From NCBI GenBank assembly GCA_963787705.1, contig CAWBEA010000002.1, forward strand, positions 67,661 through 131,660: a stretch of DNA of 64,000 nt, written 5' to 3'. Position numbers and translations under genes: made by a program. Positions 46,926-57,405 of the stretch are shown here, in pieces. Numbering within the stretch: position 1 is the first letter of the stretch; each line of letters starts with the position of its first letter. This stretch comes from Vulcanimicrobiota bacterium. Lineage in GTDB: Bacteria > Vulcanimicrobiota > Vulcanimicrobiia > Vulcanimicrobiales > Vulcanimicrobiaceae. The notes beneath the pieces are model-generated. The model saw only the letters and a list, made by a program, of their open reading frames with translations, was not told where the DNA came from and searched no databases.

Positions 46926-49900
46926 TCGTCTCTTCAATCATCTTCGCGGCAGCCGCGTATGCGAATTTGTCGTGGCGTTCGATCGGACCGACGATCGCGG
47001 GCGGGCGCGTTGCCGCGGTGGCCGGAACGCCGCAGGACGACCAGCTCTACTATCTCGGAACGGCCGGCGGCGGCGTGTGGCGTTCGACCAATGGCGGGGC
47101 GACGTGGCAGCCGGTCTTTGAAAAGCAGGCGGTTTCGGCGATCGGCGCGGTCGCCATCGATCCGACCAACGAGCGCATCGTGTGGGCTGGGACGGGCGAG
47201 GCAAATCCGCGCAACGACGTCAGCTACGGCGACGGACTCTACAAATCGAGCGATGGCGGAAAGACGTGGCGGCGCGCCGGCTTGGCCGGCGTTTGGAGCA
47301 TCTCGCGAATCGCCATCGATCCGCGCAACCCGCGCCACATCGTCGTCGGCGCGTTCGGCGACCCGTTCAAAGATTCGACGAACCGTGGCGTCTACGTCAC
47401 GTTCGACGGCGGAGAAAACTGGACCAAATCGCTCTATCTCAGTCCGGCGAGCGGTGCGAGCGACGTTGCCATCAATCCGGTCGATCCAAAGATCGTCTAC
47501 GCCGGTATGTGGCACTTTCGCCGCATTCCGTGGACTTTCACCAGCGGCGGCCCCGACGACGGCCTCTACAAATCAATCGATGGCGGCCGAACGTGGCGAA
47601 GGCTTAGCGGCCATGGTTTGCCGCAGGGGTTCACCGGGCGAATCGGGTTGGCCATCGCGCCCAGCCGTCCGAGCCGAGTCTTTGCGCTCATCGAAGCGGC
47701 GGGCGGAATTTTGTGGCGCTCCGACGATAGCGGCGCGCGCTGGAGAATGACGAGCGACGACACGCTCGTCGATCAGCGGCCCTTTTACTTCACGCACATT
47801 GCCGTCGATCCGAAAAATCCCGACCACGTCTATGCCGTTTCGGAGATGCTTTCGGAGAGTAAGGACGGCGGCCGCAAGTTCAAGGAGATTGCCAAGGACG
47901 TTCACGTCGACTATCACGCGATCTGGATTGCTCCCAACGATCCCAAGCGGATCATTACCGGCGAGGACGGCGGGTTCGCGCTCACCACCGACTTGGAACA
48001 CTGGGCGTTTTCCCGGAATCTTACGATCGGGCAGATCTATCACGTCGGCCTCTCCAATGAAAACCCGTACTTGGTCTGCGCGGCCTTCCAAGATAACAAC
48101 GGCTTCTGCGGTCCGTCGAACTCGCTCGACGACCAAGGCATTCTCAATCGCCATTGGATCAACGTCGTCGGGGGCGACGGAATGTGGACGGTGCCCGACC
48201 CGATCGATCCCAACTATATTTGGGCGGATTTGGAAGACGGTGCGGTCACGCTTTACAACCGGAAGACCGGCGTCAGCCGTTTCATTCGGCCGTACGACTC
48301 ATTTCCCGGAAGTTTCCTTGGACCGTTTGACTTGAGTAAGGCGGCGTACCGCTTCAACTGGGATTCGCCAATCGCATTCGCCCCTTGGGACGGACACGTA
48401 GCGTGGTTCGGCGGAAACGTCGTGTTCGCGTCGACCGACCGCGGCGAAACGTGGCGGACGATCAGTCCCGATCTCACGCGCAACATTACGGCGCACCAGC
48501 TGCCCTCCGGCGGACCGCTGGCGAAAGACGTCTCGGGCGCCGAGTACTCCGACACGATCCTCTATATCGAAGGCTCCTCGATAAACCAGGGCGAGATCTG
48601 GGTCGGGACCGACGACGGCTACGTGCAGCTGACGCGTGACGGCGGGGCGCACTGGCAAAACGTCACGCCGCCCGGAGCGCCGCAGTTCGCACGCTTCGAA
48701 ACGGTTGCGCCGTCGCCACTTTCCGCCGGCACGGCCTATGCCGTTGCGGATAACCACCGCATGGGAGATTACGCCCCCTACGTCTACGTCACGCGCGACT
48801 ACGGCGCGCACTGGACGAAGATCGTCAACGGCCTGCCGAACGATCAGTACGCGCGCACCATCCGTCCGGATACACGCAATCCCTATATGCTCTATGCGGG
48901 AACCGAAAACGGCCTCTGGATCTCCCTCGACAACGGCGCGCGCTGGCAGGATTTCCGAATCAATTTGCCTGCGGTCTCCGTACGTGACATCCGCATCCAA
49001 CCCGAGTTCAACGACTTGGTGATCGCGACGCACGGGCGCGACGCTTGGATTCTCGACGACATCGACTCCATCCAGCAGCTCGGCAATGCGCAGCGCGCCG
49101 GAGCGATGCTCTACGCGCCACGGGTCGCCTACGAGTATCACTACCACTCCAACGATCCGGGGATCTACACGCAGTTCGCCGGCGATAATCCGCCAAAGGG
49201 AGCGATCGTCGATTTCTATCAGACCGCGGCGCAGAAGAGGCCGCCGTCGCTGGAGGTTCTCGACGCTAGCGGCCGCGTGATTCGCATCGTGAGCGGCACG
49301 CATAAAGTAAAGGGAAAAGAAGAGCCCTACGTTCCGAATAAGGCCGGCATCAACCGGTACGTTTGGGATTTTACCGAGGACGCGCCCACGAAGTGGCATG
49401 GCGCCGCGCGCGAGGAGTACCAAGGGCCAAAGACCGGTCCGACCGTCGTTCCCGGAACGTACACGATTCACTTGGCGCTGGGCGGCCAAACGCTGACCCA
49501 AACGGTAACCGTGAAGCACGACCCGCGTGACGACTGGACGCAAGACCAGTACCAAGCCGGCTATGCCTTCGCGCGTAGGTATTCGACGGTGTACGGAAAG
49601 ATCGACGAGGTTCTTAACAATCTCGATGCGATCAAGAAGTCGCTCGCGCGCGTCGCCGCGTCGGCGAAGAACGACGCCTCGATTATAAGTCAGGTTGCGT
49701 CCGCGCAGCAAAGCTGGAGCGCGGTCTTTGCGGCGTTTACCGCCAACTATAAGAACGACGAGGACTCGATCCAGCGTTCGGGTTCGCTGCGCGAATCGAT
49801 TCCGCGCACCGGCTTTGGCTCAGTACAGCTCCCGCCAACGGCGCAGCAGCTCGACTATGCGAAGCGCTTCGATGCCGCTTACACCGCTGCCGTCGCGCAG

Positions 49901-49996
49901 TATAACGACTACGTCGGGCTGCTCTCGCCGCTCCAAACCGCTTTGAAGAATGCCGGCATCAAGCCGGTCGAAGGTGCAACGCCCGTGTCACCGTAG
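46922..49996 (+). CDS. VPS10/sortilin-type BNR repeat protein, tandem paralog
   Basis: GTG 46922 overlaps the upstream stop (GTGA). Colinear with 43740-46925 along the whole length. Confidence 0.75.
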   Translation: MIVSSIIFAAAAYANLSWRSIGPTIAGGRVAAVAGTPQDDQLYYLGTAGGGVWRSTNGGATWQPVFEKQAVSAIGAVAIDPTNERIVWAGTGEANPRNDVSYGDGLYKSSDGGKTWRRAGLAGVWSISRIAIDPRNPRHIVVGAFGDPFKDSTNRGVYVTFDGGENWTKSLYLSPASGASDVAINPVDPKIVYAGMWHFRRIPWTFTSGGPDDGLYKSIDGGRTWRRLSGHGLPQGFTGRIGLAIAPSRPSRVFALIEAAGGILWRSDDSGARWRMTSDDTLVDQRPFYFTHIAVDPKNPDHVYAVSEMLSESKDGGRKFKEIAKDVHVDYHAIWIAPNDPKRIITGEDGGFALTTDLEHWAFSRNLTIGQIYHVGLSNENPYLVCAAFQDNNGFCGPSNSLDDQGILNRHWINVVGGDGMWTVPDPIDPNYIWADLEDGAVTLYNRKTGVSRFIRPYDSFPGSFLGPFDLSKAAYRFNWDSPIAFAPWDGHVAWFGGNVVFASTDRGETWRTISPDLTRNITAHQLPSGGPLAKDVSGAEYSDTILYIEGSSINQGEIWVGTDDGYVQLTRDGGAHWQNVTPPGAPQFARFETVAPSPLSAGTAYAVADNHRMGDYAPYVYVTRDYGAHWTKIVNGLPNDQYARTIRPDTRNPYMLYAGTENGLWISLDNGARWQDFRINLPAVSVRDIRIQPEFNDLVIATHGRDAWILDDIDSIQQLGNAQRAGAMLYAPRVAYEYHYHSNDPGIYTQFAGDNPPKGAIVDFYQTAAQKRPPSLEVLDASGRVIRIVSGTHKVKGKEEPYVPNKAGINRYVWDFTEDAPTKWHGAAREEYQGPKTGPTVVPGTYTIHLALGGQTLTQTVTVKHDPRDDWTQDQYQAGYAFARRYSTVYGKIDEVLNNLDAIKKSLARVAASAKNDASIISQVASAQQSWSAVFAAFTANYKNDEDSIQRSGSLRESIPRTGFGSVQLPPTAQQLDYAKRFDAAYTAAVAQYNDYVGLLSPLQTALKNAGIKPVEGATPVSP

Positions 49997-50827
49997 CGCG
50001 AGGCGCCGCAAAAACGTTTCGTGGCGGAACGAGGCGCTCGCGCCGAAATGCACGATCGTCAAATCGAGCGACGGCACCACATAGAGCGCTTGGCCAGCCG
50101 AGCCGCTCGCGTAGACGAGATCCTCGGGGGTGTTGCGCGCGCCCAGCCACCAGCCCAGCCCGTAGCGCGCGTTAGCGGACGAGCCCGTGAAGCACGGCGC
50201 GAGGCGCTGGCGCTCGTCCGCGACGTAGCGTCCATATGCGAGCCAGTCCGTCGCGCGCAGCGATGCGCCGGTTGGCAGCGGATGCGTTTCGTCCTTGAGG
50301 TTGCGCCAGCTCGCCACCCGAACGCCGGCGGGGTCCAGAACGCGTTCGCGAAGGTAGTCGTGCGGCGTCAGCTTGCGATCGGAAAGCTTGCGTGCGAGCA
50401 CCGCGCCGAAGACTTGAAACGGAATACCACCGTAGGTAAAACGTGTGCCCGGCTCGTCTTTCAACGGCAGAGCTAGGGCGCGCTCGTACTCCGGGACCGC
50501 GGCCCCTAACCCACCAAAGCCGAAGCCTGCCGTGAGCGAGAGCAACATCCGCAAGGTGACGCGTCGCTTCCACGGGTCGTTACCCCAGGTTGGGAACGTT
50601 GCGGCGACCGGCTCGTCGAGTTCGAGCAGTCCGTCGTCGCGCGCGCAGAGCGCCGCCGGCCCCCAAAAACTCTTCGTGCCGCTGTAAAGCAGGTGCGGTT
50701 TTTCCGCGTCGAAGCCGTCGCCGTACTCTTGCGCGACGATCTCGTTGCCGAGCGCGATCACCAGCGCGTGCAAAGCGTGCGCACGCGCGTACGCGATCGC
50801 AGCGGGTATCTCGATCTGGAGCGCCAT
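49988..50827 (-). CDS. serine hydrolase (beta-lactamase-related family)
   Basis: S-x-x-K motif in LLYSGTKSF. 279 aa. Confidence 0.65.
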   Translation of the reverse strand: MALQIEIPAAIAYARAHALHALVIALGNEIVAQEYGDGFDAEKPHLLYSGTKSFWGPAALCARDDGLLELDEPVAATFPTWGNDPWKRRVTLRMLLSLTAGFGFGGLGAAVPEYERALALPLKDEPGTRFTYGGIPFQVFGAVLARKLSDRKLTPHDYLRERVLDPAGVRVASWRNLKDETHPLPTGASLRATDWLAYGRYVADERQRLAPCFTGSSANARYGLGWWLGARNTPEDLVYASGSAGQALYVVPSLDLTIVHFGASASFRHETFLRRLALR

Positions 50828-50865
50828 TGGAGGAGCGTTCGGACGCTGCTCGCAAAAGCGCCTGC

Positions 50866-52191
50866 ATGAGGGCCTACGTTTTGCTCGTCGCGTCGATTGC
50901 GGCCCTAGGTGGATTGCTCTTCGGGTACGACACCGGCGTGATCTCCGGTGCGATTCTCTTCATTAGCAAGCAGTTCGCGCTCGACGACCGGCTGCAGGCT
51001 TTCACGATTAGCGTCGTCTTGATTGGCTGCATCGCAGCTTCGGCCGTCGCCGGATCGGTTGCCGACCGCATCGGCCGGCGCCCGACGCTCTTCGCGGCGG
51101 GCTGCGTCTTCTTGCTCGGAGCGGTGCTCTCGGCATTTGCGGCCGGCGAAGCGGCGCTGCTCTGCGGCCGTTTCGTCGTCGGCATCGGCATCGGTTTGAG
51201 CTCCGTGGTCGCTCCGCTGTATATTTCCGAAGTCTCACCCGCCCCGACGCGCGGCGCGCTGGTCTCACTCTATCAGTTTGCGATCACGCTCGGCATTCTC
51301 GCGGCGTATATCGTGGATTACGTGCTCGCGGGAGGCGGCCAGTGGCGCTGGATGTTGGGCCTCGCCGTCGTTCCGTCGCTGGTCTTGATGGGCGGAATGG
51401 TTCGCATGCCGGAGAGTCCGCGTTATCTTTTCAAAATCGGCCTGCGCGACCGGGCTCGCGAGGAGTTGGAGCGCATCTATGAGGACCCGGCCGCAAGCAA
51501 ACTCGAAGAAGACTCGATCGCCGCAAGTCTGAACGTCAAGGTCGGCGGCCTGCGCGCATTATTGAGTCCGGCGATTCGGCCCGCGCTGGTGGTCGGCATT
51601 TCGCTGGCGGTCTTGCAACAAGTCACCGGCATCAACTCCGTCATCTACTATGGGCCGAGGATCTTTGAGATGGCGGGCGTCGGGTCTGCGGCGGCCTCGA
51701 TTTTAGCGCAATCGCTGGTGGGTGCCGTGAACTGCGGGATGACGCTGGTTGCGATCTTTTTCGTCGACCGCGTCGGTCGCAAGCCGCTGCTCTATGCCGG
51801 GCTCTCGGGTATGTTCGTAGCGCTGACGGTCATGGCGTACGCGTTCTCCCAACCGCACCTCTCGGGTTCGCTGGGCACGATCGCACTCGTCAGCATGATG
51901 GCCTATGTGGGTTGCTTTGCGTTTAGCTTCGGACCCATCCTCTGGCTGCTGATCTCCGAGATCTTTCCGCTTCCGGTTCGCGGTGCGGGAATGTCGGTTT
52001 CAACGCTGGCCAACTGGGTGGGAAACTTTGCGGTCTCGCAGTCTTTTCTGGGAATGGTCGAGCGCCTGGGAAGCCCTGCGACGTTTGGAGCCTATGCGGT
52101 GCTCTGCATCGTCACGATCGTCTTCGTGCGCATGATGGTCCCCGAAACGAAGCAGGAACTGCTAGAACAAGTTCGCGTTGGCGCAGCTTAG
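50866..52191 (+). CDS. MFS sugar porter family transporter
   Basis: ATG 50866 gives MRAYVLLVASIAALGGLLFGYDTGVISGA. GRRPTL, PESPRYL, PETK. Confidence 0.85.
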   Translation: MRAYVLLVASIAALGGLLFGYDTGVISGAILFISKQFALDDRLQAFTISVVLIGCIAASAVAGSVADRIGRRPTLFAAGCVFLLGAVLSAFAAGEAALLCGRFVVGIGIGLSSVVAPLYISEVSPAPTRGALVSLYQFAITLGILAAYIVDYVLAGGGQWRWMLGLAVVPSLVLMGGMVRMPESPRYLFKIGLRDRAREELERIYEDPAASKLEEDSIAASLNVKVGGLRALLSPAIRPALVVGISLAVLQQVTGINSVIYYGPRIFEMAGVGSAAASILAQSLVGAVNCGMTLVAIFFVDRVGRKPLLYAGLSGMFVALTVMAYAFSQPHLSGSLGTIALVSMMAYVGCFAFSFGPILWLLISEIFPLPVRGAGMSVSTLANWVGNFAVSQSFLGMVERLGSPATFGAYAVLCIVTIVFVRMMVPETKQELLEQVRVGAA

Positions 52192-53719
52192 CGTCGTTAT
52201 TCCGGTCTACGACAACTGGTGGCTCACCGCGCGGTGCTTGAGCCGTCTCGACCAGCTGCAACGATCCGGCTCCGTGCTTTTCGAAACGATCGTGATCGAC
52301 AACGCGTCAACCGACGAAACGCCGGAAGCGATTGCAGCTTTCCCGTGGGTGCGCTATCACCGCCACGAGACGAATCGAAACTTCGCCGGAGCCTGCAACG
52401 CGGGCGCGCAAATGGCGCAAGGGCCGCTGGTGCTCTTTCTCAACAACGATGCCTATCCGCTCGGCGACGCCCTGACGCCGCTGGTTGCGGCGTTCGACCG
52501 GCCGGAGGTCGCCGTCGCCGGCGGAGCGCTCTTCTTCGAGGACGGCGTGACCCAGGCCGCGGGGCTGGTCCTGCTGCGCAACGCTCACTGGCACTATTCG
52601 TGTCGCAATCTGGCTTCATCGCTCGATGGCGTTACCGCTTCGCGCGATGCGCTGGCCGTCTCCGGCGCCGCGATGGCGGTGCGAGCGCAATGGTTTCTCG
52701 ATGGCGGCGGGTTCGACGAGTCGTTCGTCAACGGGTTCGAGGACGTCGATCTTTGCCTGCGAGCGCGCGAGCGAGGCGACGCGATCGCCTATGTTGCCGA
52801 GGCTCGTTTCGCGCACTACGAAGGAGCTTCGGCGGGGCGATTCGACCGGGAACGAGAGAACGAGGAGCGCTTTTATACGCGTTGGACATCGCGTCTCGCG
52901 TCGTTGCCGCGAACGCAGCGCGGCGAGGTCGGAGCGATAACGATGAGGGAAGACGTTCATGAAGGGCCGCTGGTTGCGGCGGCGCGTGAGGATCTCGTTG
53001 CGGCGCTGCGCTCCTTCGGCCATCCGGTCGTGCGCGGTCCCTTGCATCGCCGGCGGTGGTTCGACCGGCGTTTTCGACAGGCCGCTTCGATCGAGTGGTT
53101 TTCGCGAGAAGTTTCGCAGCCGGGAATCACGATCGATCGTCGTGCGGACGTCTTCCCTTCGATTCGAACGCGCGGCGCAATCGGCGTCGAGGTCCCGTGG
53201 CTCCCATGCGCGGCGTTGGAACGCGTCGCGACCTGCGGCGTTCGCCGATCGAGCGACCCCACGTGCATTACCGTCGGACTCGCCGGCGCGCCAGAGGCCG
53301 TTCGCGACGTCGACCCGGGCTATCCGGCCGTGCGGATAACCCCGGAGATGTTGCTCGGCGGCGGAGAGCGCGTGCCCGTTGCTTGCGTCGTCCATTGCGG
53401 GCTCACCGACGACGCCGCGTTCGGCAACGTGCTGCTAGCGCAGGCCGGGATTCCGTCCATCGTGCTTCCTCATGACGCGCTCCAGGCGATCTTCGCGCCC
53501 GACGTTGCGATTTTCGCGCGGCGATCGGAGCTGCTCAAAGCAACTGCGCGCTTCGTCAACGGCGCGACCCTGCGCGAATGGTACGGGCATCTCGTAGCGG
53601 CCGATTCGCGACGGCGTTTCTCGCCCCGCCGCAGCGCAATCCGCGTCGTGGATCTACTTTGTGCGGCTCGCTTCGGTTTAGAGCGGCCCTCCACCGCTCG
53701 CAGCAACACGCCGCTCTAA
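52178..53719 (+). CDS. family 2 glycosyltransferase with C-terminal GT1/GT4-like extension
   Basis: LSVVIPVYDN, VIDNASTDET, FLNNDAYP, and ED-type FEDVDLCLR. The C-terminal half carries DDAAFGNVLLAQAGIPSIVL, which resembles the GT4 E..FG..LLEAMA.G.P motif. Confidence 0.7.
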   Translation: MAQLSVVIPVYDNWWLTARCLSRLDQLQRSGSVLFETIVIDNASTDETPEAIAAFPWVRYHRHETNRNFAGACNAGAQMAQGPLVLFLNNDAYPLGDALTPLVAAFDRPEVAVAGGALFFEDGVTQAAGLVLLRNAHWHYSCRNLASSLDGVTASRDALAVSGAAMAVRAQWFLDGGGFDESFVNGFEDVDLCLRARERGDAIAYVAEARFAHYEGASAGRFDRERENEERFYTRWTSRLASLPRTQRGEVGAITMREDVHEGPLVAAAREDLVAALRSFGHPVVRGPLHRRRWFDRRFRQAASIEWFSREVSQPGITIDRRADVFPSIRTRGAIGVEVPWLPCAALERVATCGVRRSSDPTCITVGLAGAPEAVRDVDPGYPAVRITPEMLLGGGERVPVACVVHCGLTDDAAFGNVLLAQAGIPSIVLPHDALQAIFAPDVAIFARRSELLKATARFVNGATLREWYGHLVAADSRRRFSPRRSAIRVVDLLCAARFGLERPSTARSNTPL

Positions 53720-55291
53720 GGCGGCGCACCATAGCCACCACCGCCCGGAGTTTGAATCGTCAGAATGTCTCCGGGTTGGAGCGGCAGGCTCGCCTTTGCA
53801 GCAATGCGCGTTTGCTCTCCATTGCGCTGCAGGGAATGCCGCCCGCAAGCGCCCGGCTTCCCGCCGTGCGCACCCGGCGGCGGTAGCGTATGGCGATCCG
53901 CGAGGAGCGTCGCTTGCGCGGTGCCTTCAGTTAGTTCGATCGATCGGATCAAGCCGTGGCCGCCGCGGTGCCGCCCCCGGCCGCCGGTGCGTTCCGCAAT
54001 TTCGTAGCGCGCGATGCGCAGCGGGTATTCGCGTTCGACGGCTTCGATCGGCGTGTTGAGCGTATTGGTCATATGGCAGTGGATGGCGTCGATGCCGTCG
54101 CCGTTTGGGCGACCCCCCGAACCGCACCCGTTCGTCTCGTAGAACGCCCAAGTTCGTCCGTCGGGCCGCGTTCCGCCGAGCATGACGTTGCTCATCGTCC
54201 CGCCGCTGCAGGCCGGGACGCGTTCGGGAGCGGCGCATGCCAACGCTTGTAAGACGACCTCGGCGTTTCGCATGCTGGTCTCAACGTTTCCGCCCGAGAC
54301 GGGTGCCGGGCGGCGCGGGTTGAGCAGGGTGCCTTCGGGCACGCGCACTTCAACCGGCTGAAAGCAACCTTCGTTCATCGGAATGACGGAATCGGTTACC
54401 GCGCGCAGCGCATAGTGGACGCCGGAAAGCGTCACGCCGAAGACGGCATTGAGCGGGAGTCGTGAGTTGCGCGGACGTTCCAGCGTAATCGAGGAGTGCG
54501 TTGCCGTCACGCAGCTCCAGGCGCAGAGCAATGACGATGTTCGGTTCGCCGCCGCGATCTTCCAGATAATCGGTTGCGTTGAAGACGCCGTCGCCGATCC
54601 TGCGAAGCGCCGCGCGCATCGCGCGTTCGCTGCCCTCGAGTGCGCGCGCGGTCGCCTCGTCGAACGCCCGCGCGCCGTAGCGGCTCAAAAGCTCGAACAG
54701 GCGCCGTTCGCCGGTGTAGTTGGCAGCGATCTGCGCCCGAAGGTCCCCGCTGCAGGCATCGGGCGTTCGCGAGTTTGCGCGGAAGAGCGCGACCGTTTCG
54801 GAAACGACGCGATCCTCGCGCATCAAGCGCATCGGCGGAACGACGAGGCCTTCGGCAAAAAGGTCCGGCGCATCGGCCGGCATCGAGCCCGGCACGGCGC
54901 CGCCGACGTCTGCGTGATGCGCCTTATTGGCGGCAAATCCGGCCAACTGCCCGCGATCGAAGATCGGGCGCAGCAGCGTGACGTCGTTGAGATGCGTGCC
55001 CGTAATGTAGGGATCGTTGGCAACCCACATCTCACCCTCGTGGACGCTGCCGTGCTCGCGCGCGACGATCTCGAGCATCTTTTTGAGTCCCCACGGCAGC
55101 GAGCCTAGGTGAACGGGAATGTGCTCGGCTTGCGCGATCAAACGGCCGTCGCGGTCGAACAGCGCGCACGAATGGTCGAGGCGTTCTTTGATGTTTGGCG
55201 AGTAAGCGCTATTGCGCAAGGCAAGGCCCATCTCTTCGCTGGCATACACGAGCGCGGCGTTGACGATCTCGGCAGTGATCGGATCGATCAT
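53716..55291 (-). pseudogene. hyuB: hydantoinase B / oxoprolinase subunit, split by a single frameshift
   Basis: The N-terminal part is ORF 54350..55342 (ATG 55291, MIDPITAEIVNAAL...LDYAGTSAQLTT). The C-terminal part is ORF 53716..54531 (...LPLNAVFGVTLSGVHYALRAV...NVETS...). The junction lies at the GGG run 54465-54467. Confidence 0.7.
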
Positions 55292-57354
55292 TCCGCCGTC
55301 TTCTCCAAAAGAAGCACGCCATGGTCCGCGCGCAGCGACCACTGCGGTGCGAGGTACGTCGTGCAGTCGTACTCTTCGACGATCGCCGGCCCCTCGATGC
55401 GCCTAGCGCCCTCGAGAGCATCGCGCTGGAAGACGGGGACATTGCTGAACGATCCGTCGAGCCAGAGACGTCGCTTGCCCTCGAGCCGCTCTGCGCGGTC
55501 GAAGGGCGGCAACGGGATGGCGTCACGCGCCGGCAAGCAGCCAACGCCGGTCGAGCGCGCGTTGACCAGTTCGACGACCTCGCCCGGGACGTCGTAGCCG
55601 TAGCGCGAGCGGTGCGCGTCGTGAAACCGTTGCGCGATCGATTCCGCGCAATCGCCGTGATCGACCGTCAGCTCGAAACTCTGTCCGCGATACCGAGCGT
55701 CGTATTGGCGTCGAAAGGCAATCGTCTCCGGCTGCACGCCTTGTTCAAAAAGAGAGGCGCGAGCGCGTTGCTCGCTCTCTTCGAACCAACGCTGCAACGC
55801 TGCGTAATCGATATCTCCGGTCGTCTGCAGCACGGCGAGAATGTCGTCCGTGTGAAGGTCGGCGTCGAGCAAGCCAAGCGCGCAAAAGAGGCCGGGATGC
55901 TGCGGGACCACGATGCGCGTTATTCCCAATTCGTCGGCGACCGCGCAGGCGTGCAGCGGCCCGGCGCCTCCGAAAGCGACCATCGCGAACTCACGCGGAT
56001 CCAGCCCGCGCTCGACGGTTACGATCCGCAGCACTCTTGCCATAGCGTGATCGATCAGCCTAATGATGCCGGCGGCCGTCGTTTCGAGGTTTAGTCCCAA
56101 AACGAGCGCGAGGCGCTCGACGGCGGCACGGGCGGCCGGCGCGTCAATCGGGAATGCTCCGCCGAGCAATCCTTTCTGATTCAAACGGCCGAGCACGACG
56201 TTTGCGTCCGTCACCGTGGGTTGGGCGGAGCGTCCGTAACAGGCCGGCCCCGGATCGGCGCCAGCCGAAAGCGGTCCGACACGCAGCGAACCGGCCTCGT
56301 CGAGCCACGCGATCGTGCCGCCTCCCGCGCTCACCTCCGCCAAATCGAGGAAGGGAAAGCGAACGGGATACCCGCTGCCTTTGATCGCGCGGCCACTGTG
56401 CGTTGCGCCGGCAGCTTCGAACTCTCCCACCACTTGCGCGACCCCGTCCACGATGGCGCCGGCTTTGGCGGTCGTCCCGCCCATGTCGAACGAGAGCAGT
56501 CGTGTAATTCCGATTCGGCGGCCGAGCGCGGCCGCCGCCATTGCCCCGCTTGCGGGCCCGCTTTCGATCAGTGCGGCCGGTCGCGTGAGGACGCCTTTCG
56601 AGGCGAGGCCGCCGTCGCTGCGCATCACGTAGAGCGGCGCATCGATTCCGGCAGCGGCAAGCGCGGCGGTGAGCCGTTCGAGGTAGTCTTCCACGATCGG
56701 GGCGAGCACTGCATTAACGACGGTTGTCGAGCATCGCTCGTACTCCCGGTACTGCGGGTCGACTTGCGACGAAGTGGTCACGCGAACTCCCGGAAGCGCT
56801 TGAGCGAGGGCTTTGGCGAGGTGCCGCTCGTGAGCATCGTTGGCGTACGAATGCAGCAGGCAGATCGCGACGGCCGCCGGATTGCGTTCGCGCAACTCCT
56901 CGCAGAGGCGTTCGACGTCCTTCTCCTCAAGCGCTTCAAGCACGTTTCCCTGAAAGTCGACGCGTTCGCGCACGGTCAGCCGATCGGCGCGCGCAACGAG
57001 TGGCCGCGGCCGCTGAACGAACAGATTATAGAGTTCGCTTCGGTTTTGACGGCCGATTTCGATAACGTCCCGAAAGCCGTCCGTCGTCACGAGAACGACG
57101 CGCGGAAGCTCGAGGTTCAGTTGCCCGAGCAGCGCGTTTGTTGCAATCGTCGTCGAATGCGCGAGCAGCTCGACCGGCGGAGTCTCTTCATAATCCGCCA
57201 AGATTGCGGTTATAGCGTCGACGACCGCGCGATGCGGCTCGCGCGGCGTGCTGGCGACTTTGCGCGTGACGGTTCGCCCGCTCCAGGATTCGGCGGCGGC
57301 TAGATCGGTGAACGTTCCGCCGACGTCGATCCCAATGCGGAGTGTACCTAGCAT
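55288..57354 (-). CDS. hyuA: hydantoinase A / oxoprolinase subunit
   Basis: MLGTLRIGIDVGGTFTDL, DMGGTTAK, 688 aa. The stop overlaps the hyuB start (ATGA). Confidence 0.88.
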   Translation of the reverse strand: MLGTLRIGIDVGGTFTDLAAAESWSGRTVTRKVASTPREPHRAVVDAITAILADYEETPPVELLAHSTTIATNALLGQLNLELPRVVLVTTDGFRDVIEIGRQNRSELYNLFVQRPRPLVARADRLTVRERVDFQGNVLEALEEKDVERLCEELRERNPAAVAICLLHSYANDAHERHLAKALAQALPGVRVTTSSQVDPQYREYERCSTTVVNAVLAPIVEDYLERLTAALAAAGIDAPLYVMRSDGGLASKGVLTRPAALIESGPASGAMAAAALGRRIGITRLLSFDMGGTTAKAGAIVDGVAQVVGEFEAAGATHSGRAIKGSGYPVRFPFLDLAEVSAGGGTIAWLDEAGSLRVGPLSAGADPGPACYGRSAQPTVTDANVVLGRLNQKGLLGGAFPIDAPAARAAVERLALVLGLNLETTAAGIIRLIDHAMARVLRIVTVERGLDPREFAMVAFGGAGPLHACAVADELGITRIVVPQHPGLFCALGLLDADLHTDDILAVLQTTGDIDYAALQRWFEESEQRARASLFEQGVQPETIAFRRQYDARYRGQSFELTVDHGDCAESIAQRFHDAHRSRYGYDVPGEVVELVNARSTGVGCLPARDAIPLPPFDRAERLEGKRRLWLDGSFSNVPVFQRDALEGARRIEGPAIVEEYDCTTYLAPQWSLRADHGVLLLEKTAE

Positions 57355-57405
57355 CGATCACTAGGTACGTCGCCGGGCCGGAGATTACCGTTTACTACAG
57401 CGGCG

